Shown piece after piece: positions 26,957 to 32,000 of a stretch of 32,000 bases of DNA. The stretch's first letter is position 1, and each line of letters starts with the position of its first letter. The position numbers were made by a program, and so were the translations under genes. The notes below the pieces were generated by a model that did not search any database, was not told the DNA's origin, and saw nothing but the letters and a program-made list of their open reading frames with translations. This DNA comes from Ignicoccus islandicus DSM 13165 (GTDB lineage Archaea > Thermoproteota > Thermoprotei_A > Sulfolobales > Ignicoccaceae): NCBI RefSeq assembly GCF_001481685.1, contig NZ_CP006867.1, positions 240,001 to 272,000 of the forward strand, read 5' to 3'.

Positions 26957-28243
26957 TTATTGTTTGTCCCTAACGTCTATCTTTACTACCTTCCACTTGG
27001 CCTCTGCGGCGCTTTTGGGAACGACCTCGGTGGTAACCAATATGGCTGAGGAACTCCTCATTCTGATGCCTTTCATCAATCTTAGAACTTCCTCTTCTTC
27101 CTCGTCGAACCAATACCCGTCGGTTAAGATCACTACAGCGTCACCGAACCTCATTTTACTTAAAACGAACTTAAGGGGTTCCTCTGCTACAGTACCTCCG
27201 CCTCCCTTGAGGGATCTCAGTAAGTTCCTGAGCTTCGAGACGTTCCTCGAGTTGAGTACTTGATGTACTTCCGCGTCCCAAGAGACTACGTGAATTCTGT
27301 TGGCGTACTTAGCTGCTTCAATTACTTCGCCCGCGAATTGGGAGAGCTCCCTCTTCGTTATCGAACCGGAAGTGTCTACTAAGAACCATATGTCCGCGCC
27401 CCTCCTCACGTAGCCCGGGACGTTTTTCAATCCCCTCCTGTTGGGCCTTTGCCAAGTCCTGAAGCTCTTGCCCAATCCCTCCCTTAAGGAACTCCTGAGC
27501 TCCGTTCTCCACGATACCTTCGAAGAGAGGAACTCCTCTAGCCTCCTCTTCAAGCCTAGGGGCAAGTTACCCGCGCTCTTCTGGACTTCGATGGCCTCTG
27601 CCAAGGCTTGAGCCAACAACCTCCTCGTAGCAGACCTATCAACTACTGAGGTCTCTTTCACCTCTCTAGCGAACTCCTCATCGCCTTCCCAAACGGTTTC
27701 CCTCTTCCCCTCAACTATTTCCGTAGGCAAGTCTTCGAAGCCGCTCGCTCCCCCGTAAGCTTCTGCGAGGTTGGGGCTTCGGGAACCTATCTTCCCTCTG
27801 AGTTTATCGTATACTGTTTCGGCTGGGTCGTCTGGCAGAACTCCGAGGGTTTCGAAGGTCCTCCAAGTAACGGGTTTCGCCTTGATTATCCTAACGCTCA
27901 TGTTCTCTAAATCTTTAAGCATGTTCATTTCTTCAAGAATTCTGTTAACTTCAACGTCGCATGCCACGTTCCAAAGCTTCGGATCGACCTCACTGCCCTT
28001 CAGAGGAATCCAGTGCCCTAGGATGGCGTGAAGCATTTCGTGTACTAACAAACTGGCTAATTCCCTTTCGTTCGCCCTCGGTACCCATTCCTTCGGTATC
28101 ACTATGCTCATATTCCTGTAGTCAAAGAAAGCGGAAGGGGCGCCCTCTTGCACTTGTACTTTGAACTTCTTTAGTAATATCCACATCCCTATGTAGCTCA
28201 TTGCCAAGTAGTCCTTTGCTCTATTGAACTTAATCGAATCCAT
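26957..28243 (-). CDS. Putative metallopeptidase with C-terminal VWA-like domain (DUF2201-type)
   Basis: LASLLVHEMLHAILGHW (HExxH-like) and FLVDTSGSI / DAVVILTDGYWF VWA-like metal-binding elements. Confidence 0.82.
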   Translation of the reverse strand: MDSIKFNRAKDYLAMSYIGMWILLKKFKVQVQEGAPSAFFDYRNMSIVIPKEWVPRANERELASLLVHEMLHAILGHWIPLKGSEVDPKLWNVACDVEVNRILEEMNMLKDLENMSVRIIKAKPVTWRTFETLGVLPDDPAETVYDKLRGKIGSRSPNLAEAYGGASGFEDLPTEIVEGKRETVWEGDEEFAREVKETSVVDRSATRRLLAQALAEAIEVQKSAGNLPLGLKRRLEEFLSSKVSWRTELRSSLREGLGKSFRTWQRPNRRGLKNVPGYVRRGADIWFLVDTSGSITKRELSQFAGEVIEAAKYANRIHVVSWDAEVHQVLNSRNVSKLRNLLRSLKGGGGTVAEEPLKFVLSKMRFGDAVVILTDGYWFDEEEEEVLRLMKGIRMRSSSAILVTTEVVPKSAAEAKWKVVKIDVRDKQ

Positions 28244-28247
28244 TTCA

Positions 28248-28412
28248 TCACTCCCTTGCGAAGAAGGCTATGAAGCCGCACTTAGGGCACCTGAAGACCT
28301 CGACGTTCTTAACTTCGTTCGGTATGAAGCCCCCTACTAGGGGCATTTTCGAGGCTAGCTCGCCTAACTTACCTTCCATCTTCATTTCGGTTCCGCAAAA
28401 GGGACACTTCAT
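28248..28412 (-). CDS. Small zinc-ribbon protein, 54 aa
   Basis: Manual translation: MKCPFCGTEMKMEGKLGELASKMPLVGGFIPNEVKNVEVFRCPKCGFIAFFARE*. Two CxxC knuckles. Below the ORF-track length cutoff. Confidence 0.75.
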   Translation of the reverse strand: MKCPFCGTEMKMEGKLGELASKMPLVGGFIPNEVKNVEVFRCPKCGFIAFFARE

Positions 28413-28415
28413 TAC

Positions 28416-28775
28416 CTATCCCACTTCCGTTACCCTAAAGGCCTTATAGGTTAACCACGCGCCAATTAACGAACCTAGAGCGTTGGCGAGTAAATCCCCC
28501 AAATCGAACGTCCTCCACGGAACGAACCACTGAGCTAACTCAGTTAGCCCCCCGAGAACGGCTGAAATTAGCATACCGTCCCATCCGTATAACGTCGCGG
28601 AAACGAACGAGTAAATTGCGAAGAGCGAGAAGTGCCTCAACGAGGATTGAGGATCGAACGGCAAATAGGTAATTTCCTCCACTTCCTTAACTACTTCCGC
28701 CGGAGCTATCGTCAACCCCCAAGCTATAGCTACCGTTAGGAGCGCCCAAACTGCCTTGAGAACCCTCTTCCACAT
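28416..28775 (-). CDS. VanZ-like membrane protein
   Basis: LGGLTELAQWFVPWRTFDLGDLLANALGSLIGAW matches the VanZ-like motif. Confidence 0.75.
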   Translation of the reverse strand: MWKRVLKAVWALLTVAIAWGLTIAPAEVVKEVEEITYLPFDPQSSLRHFSLFAIYSFVSATLYGWDGMLISAVLGGLTELAQWFVPWRTFDLGDLLANALGSLIGAWLTYKAFRVTEVG

Positions 28776-28792
28776 AATAACTCCCCCTCTCG

Positions 28793-29335
28793 ATGGCTGT
28801 GGGGCTTAGAAAGTTGAGTTCGTTCAACGTAACGGTGGCGTGTTGGAGAGGTAAGGAAGTAAAGGCCGAATTGGAACTGAAGAGCTACTGGGGCAAGAAC
28901 TTCGTAGTAGTGAGAAAGCAGCCTAGCCTGTTGATAGTAAAATACAACGGCGATCCGTTCGAAGCGGTCAAGAAGCTGAAGGAAGTGGTCGACCCTAGGT
29001 ACACCACTCTGCTAAAGGCCATACCTTACGACGCGAGCGTTCCAGCTGACATAGAGGAAGTTATAAAGGCAGTTGAGAAATTCTCTAAAAAGATAGGAGA
29101 GGGAGAGACCTATAGAATAACTTTGAAGGGACCCATCTACGAGTTCAAAGACGATGATTGGAGGGAGCTTCCGAAGGAGGAGGCTATTAGGAGGATAGCC
29201 GAGGTCATAGATAGGAAGGTAGACCTGGAGAACCCCGATTGGGTCGTATACATCAGGAGCTTGCCGTTGAGGGGAATTCAACAAGCCGGAGTGAGCGTTC
29301 ATAAGCCAGAGTGGATCTTTTCCGTTCAGCAATGA
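28793..29335 (+). CDS. THUMP-domain-like RNA-binding protein (Tan1-like)
   Basis: ETYRITLK...IIRRIAEVIDRKVDLENPDWVVYIRSL-type arrangement resembles THUMP proteins. Confidence 0.55.
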   Translation: MAVGLRKLSSFNVTVACWRGKEVKAELELKSYWGKNFVVVRKQPSLLIVKYNGDPFEAVKKLKEVVDPRYTTLLKAIPYDASVPADIEEVIKAVEKFSKKIGEGETYRITLKGPIYEFKDDDWRELPKEEAIRRIAEVIDRKVDLENPDWVVYIRSLPLRGIQQAGVSVHKPEWIFSVQQ

Positions 29336-29358
29336 GGTGTTGAACCATTTACTACGCT

Positions 29359-30018
29359 TTGAGACCTCCTAACGGGACTAAGAGCTACGATTACTGGCTC
29401 TTGAAGCAAGCCAGCTTAGCTAGGAGGTATTACATTGGAACGTTCTACGTTCCTTCAAAGAACCTTTACTCCCCCGTCTTCAGAAGGATAGGGAAGGCCG
29501 ACCCTAAGGCGTTCCTTACTATTACGGCGAGGGAGCTAAGGGACTCCTATAAAATGGTTTGCATTAAGGGTTGCGGCCAATGTTGCGAGAGGAACTCGAA
29601 CGCGGTAATATTTGAGGAGGAAGCGAGAGAGCTTGGAATACAGATAAGAGATAAACCCTCTTTCGAGGTCGAATTGGTTGACGGATCCAAATTGAAAGTA
29701 TATAGGCTAGACACTAGGAGGAACGGCCAATGCGTATTTTATAATAGGAGAAGGAAGACGTGTTCTCTAGGAAGAAACAGGCCGATATTATGCGTGATTC
29801 ACTATTGCTCGGCTTTCGCGGAAAGGGTTGAAAACGGGAGGAAGGTAATGTACGTTAAGGTTTCCGGTAAAGAGCTTGGGAACGGGCTAGTTGAAATGAA
29901 GTTCGAGAGAGTTAGCAACGAAGAGTGGGAAGAGATAGTAAGGATGGTGAAGAACGGGGTAAACGTTTGGAGAGCAGTAGCTGAAATACTGAGGAAGAGG
30001 AACTTAGGGAAAGCTTGA
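29359..30018 (+). CDS. YkgJ-family cysteine-cluster protein
   Basis: CIKGCGQCCERNSNAVIFEEEARELGI...CVFYNRRRKTCSLGRNRPILCVIHYCS. Confidence 0.82.
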   Translation: MRPPNGTKSYDYWLLKQASLARRYYIGTFYVPSKNLYSPVFRRIGKADPKAFLTITARELRDSYKMVCIKGCGQCCERNSNAVIFEEEARELGIQIRDKPSFEVELVDGSKLKVYRLDTRRNGQCVFYNRRRKTCSLGRNRPILCVIHYCSAFAERVENGRKVMYVKVSGKELGNGLVEMKFERVSNEEWEEIVRMVKNGVNVWRAVAEILRKRNLGKA

Positions 30019-30022
30019 GTGG

Positions 30023-30107
30023 TGCGGGGGGTGGGATTTGAACCCACGCAGGCCTACGCCATCGGGTCCTCAGCCCGACCCCTTTGGCCAGGCTCGGGCA
30101 CCCCCGC
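30023..30107 (-). tRNA. tRNA-Leu(GAG), with encoded CCA at 30020-30022
   Basis: Reverse complement GCGGGGG TGCCCGAGCC...GTCGGG CTGAGGA CCCGAT GGCGTAGGCCTGC GTGGG TTCAAAT CCCAC CCCCCGC A CCA. All arms pair and the long variable arm is class II. Confidence 0.96.
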
Positions 30108-30272
30108 GATTTCCCGGGAGCTTCACGAAGTTTTATTTATAAGTTTTTGCTTCCCTAGCTTCGACCCGACCGGACAACAGTCCATTCGATTTGAACGTTG
30201 CTCACAGTAGAGGATATACGGATAGGTGAGGGATAATATAGGGTTCACCACTATAAAGGTAAGGTTGTAACA

Positions 30273-31874
30273 TTGAAATCAATCACAGTAATCTTACTGA
30301 CTTTCATCTTAGCTAACGCGTTCGAGTTAAAATTAATGTGGAGTTTCGATGAACCTAGCGATCGAATAGAAGACATGGTCTTCTCCAGCAAAGGTAATCT
30401 CGGTATAGCCTCTTGGGATAATTGTGCGTACGTTGTTGACCTTAATGGCCATCAACTAGGTAAGACATGTGGAACTTGGGATATGGATGGGGCTGGGTAT
30501 TTTAATGGATTATTCGGTTTCGTTAATCTCGATAACTACGTGTATCTCATTAACAATAATGGTACTTTCTGGAAGAAGATATATGTAGGTGATTATCATC
30601 ATACTGCTATCGCACTCTTGAATAACGGTTTCGTTGCGTGCGATAGTTATTGCGCAAGATTTAATCTCAATGGAGAAAAACTATGGGATACTTACGTAGG
30701 CGCGTACGTTGAAGACGTGGCTATTCGTAAGGGTTACATATACGCAGCTAATAGTGGAAGCCAGAAACTTCAAGTAATCGATCTAAACACAGGTAAGGTA
30801 GTTAGTGAAATAAAGTACGAAAGAAGACCGGGTAGTGTAAGCGTTTGCAATGACTACTTGGCAGTTATAGCGGGGGAACTATACTTTTACGATATCAGTG
30901 ACCCAAGAAATCCGAAGTTGATTTGGAAGAGTACTGGACTAAACGTTGATGATAACGAACATTCTCCTGCCTTTTCTCCAAATTGTAAGTACGTTGCTGT
31001 GGCAGACAATTATTGGTTTATTACGTCTATCGGTAACAGTGAATTGAAGATATTTGACGTAAACGGTGATCTAATTTACTCAAAGTACTTGCCCGGAATT
31101 ACGTCCGTTGCGTGGTGGAACGATGTAATAGCTGTCGGCTACCTTAGCGGTAAGGTGGAATTATATCGCGTTATAAATTATACATCACCAATAGCTCGTT
31201 ATTCCGAAATAGAGAAGATGAATGGAGCGGGAACGCTCGTGATTCAAATAAAGCCCCTCTATGTCTACCAAGATGAGTTTTCTAAGGTACCAATAATAGG
31301 TAGGCTCTTAGTTGCCGGGCTCGTAAAGGCGCTTTACGGAAAACTGAGCTTAGATTCACTCTATGTTAGCGTAAAGGCTTATTTGGAAACGATCAACCTA
31401 GCTAAATCGTACTACATTCAAGCTGAGAAGTTCTTTAAGAATGGAGATTTCGTAAACTCCTTGGAAAAATTAAAAGTGGCCAAGGCACTATTACATACGA
31501 TTAATACCACCTACTCAAACTTAAAGGCTTCTTGGGAAAGAATCGAAACGCAGATGAGGTCCTTAGAGGAACGAATTGTTCCAGTTAGAGAAATACTCGT
31601 AAACGCTTGCGGAACCGATATAGGCGTGGACTGGAATAGTTCTATTGCAATCGAAAAGTTAAAGGAGTGTTCAACATCAATAGAAAAGATATTGAACCTA
31701 ATTGAAGCTCTTAAGCGATACAAGGGCTGGGAAGGTTTCTCGGCTTCATTGGTACTTAGAGACTTGACCGAGTTTGGAAATACAATTAAAGAGATGTACC
31801 CAAGAGTAGAAGATTTAAGCAATCGAATAATTGAACTGGAAACGAAGGCGAAATTGGTTTTAGAGAGTAATTGA
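30273..31874 (+). CDS. Secreted or membrane-anchored beta-propeller protein with C-terminal coiled coil
   Basis: Signal-like N-terminus MKSITVILLTFILANA, repeated propeller blades (MVFSSKGNLGIASWDNCAYVVDLNG...), then long coiled-coil segments. Confidence 0.8.
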   Translation: MKSITVILLTFILANAFELKLMWSFDEPSDRIEDMVFSSKGNLGIASWDNCAYVVDLNGHQLGKTCGTWDMDGAGYFNGLFGFVNLDNYVYLINNNGTFWKKIYVGDYHHTAIALLNNGFVACDSYCARFNLNGEKLWDTYVGAYVEDVAIRKGYIYAANSGSQKLQVIDLNTGKVVSEIKYERRPGSVSVCNDYLAVIAGELYFYDISDPRNPKLIWKSTGLNVDDNEHSPAFSPNCKYVAVADNYWFITSIGNSELKIFDVNGDLIYSKYLPGITSVAWWNDVIAVGYLSGKVELYRVINYTSPIARYSEIEKMNGAGTLVIQIKPLYVYQDEFSKVPIIGRLLVAGLVKALYGKLSLDSLYVSVKAYLETINLAKSYYIQAEKFFKNGDFVNSLEKLKVAKALLHTINTTYSNLKASWERIETQMRSLEERIVPVREILVNACGTDIGVDWNSSIAIEKLKECSTSIEKILNLIEALKRYKGWEGFSASLVLRDLTEFGNTIKEMYPRVEDLSNRIIELETKAKLVLESN

Positions 31875-31887
31875 TTTTCAACGTTCT

Positions 31888-32000
31888 TTTTCATGTTTGG
31901 ATTAAATTCCTTTGGCGAAGCCATGGACTAACAATTATCGTTCCCTTTTCAATTAATTCGACCACCTTCCAAGAGATTTCCTCTTGCTTTAGCCACTGAC
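31888..32000 (-). CDS. C-terminal fragment of a gene running off the window end
   Basis: Reverse-strand open frame QWLKQEEISWKVVELIEKGTIIVSPWLRQRNLIQT*; short, so tentative. Confidence 0.35.

Noticed and set aside
29802-30210. ORFs over the tRNA-Leu (29802-30047 -, 30019-30210 +)
   Set aside because: Overlap a confident tRNA or run antisense to the YkgJ-like gene. GFEPT/GSNPTPRT-type peptides are classic tRNA T-arm mistranslations.
31511-31924. Minus-strand ORF of 137 aa
   Set aside because: Lies mostly antisense to the coiled-coil end of the beta-propeller gene.

Overview
This 32 kb window is archaeal chromosome, most likely from a hyperthermophilic crenarchaeote. An Ignicoccus-like Desulfurococcales source is only an inference from gene content. 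Gene density is high and almost all of it is housekeeping: a partial dtdA, an FKBP-type PPIase, a KH/NusA-like protein, an orphan oligopeptide ABC ATPase, a ferritin-like+VIT1 fusion with an apparent frameshift, a TatD-like hydrolase, an ABC ATPase, a polyamine aminopropyltransferase, a TIP49/RuvBL-like ATPase, a cdvC-cdvB-cdvA (ESCRT-like) cluster, hypB, dUTPase, undecaprenyl/polyprenyl diphosphate synthase, an Fe-S flavoprotein, Trm-G10, Nep1, a metallopeptidase/VWA protein, a VanZ-like protein, a YkgJ-like protein, tRNA-Leu(GAG), and cytoplasmic and secreted beta-propeller proteins. The accessory content is two same-orientation CRISPR arrays: array 1 at 1349-2246 (14 repeats, 13 spacers) and array 2 at 12223-12985 (12 repeats, 11 spacers). 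Each is preceded by a 486 bp homologous leader that starts with a perfect palindrome. No cas genes are in the window. Array 1 records a switch in repeat sequence whose two handle changes fall inside the 8-nt crRNA 5' handle. Downstream of array 2 are an aberrant tRNA-Arg(UCG)-like element with a good promoter and three tandem toxin-antitoxin modules. Two of these carry intact antitoxins paired with singly frameshifted PIN toxins.
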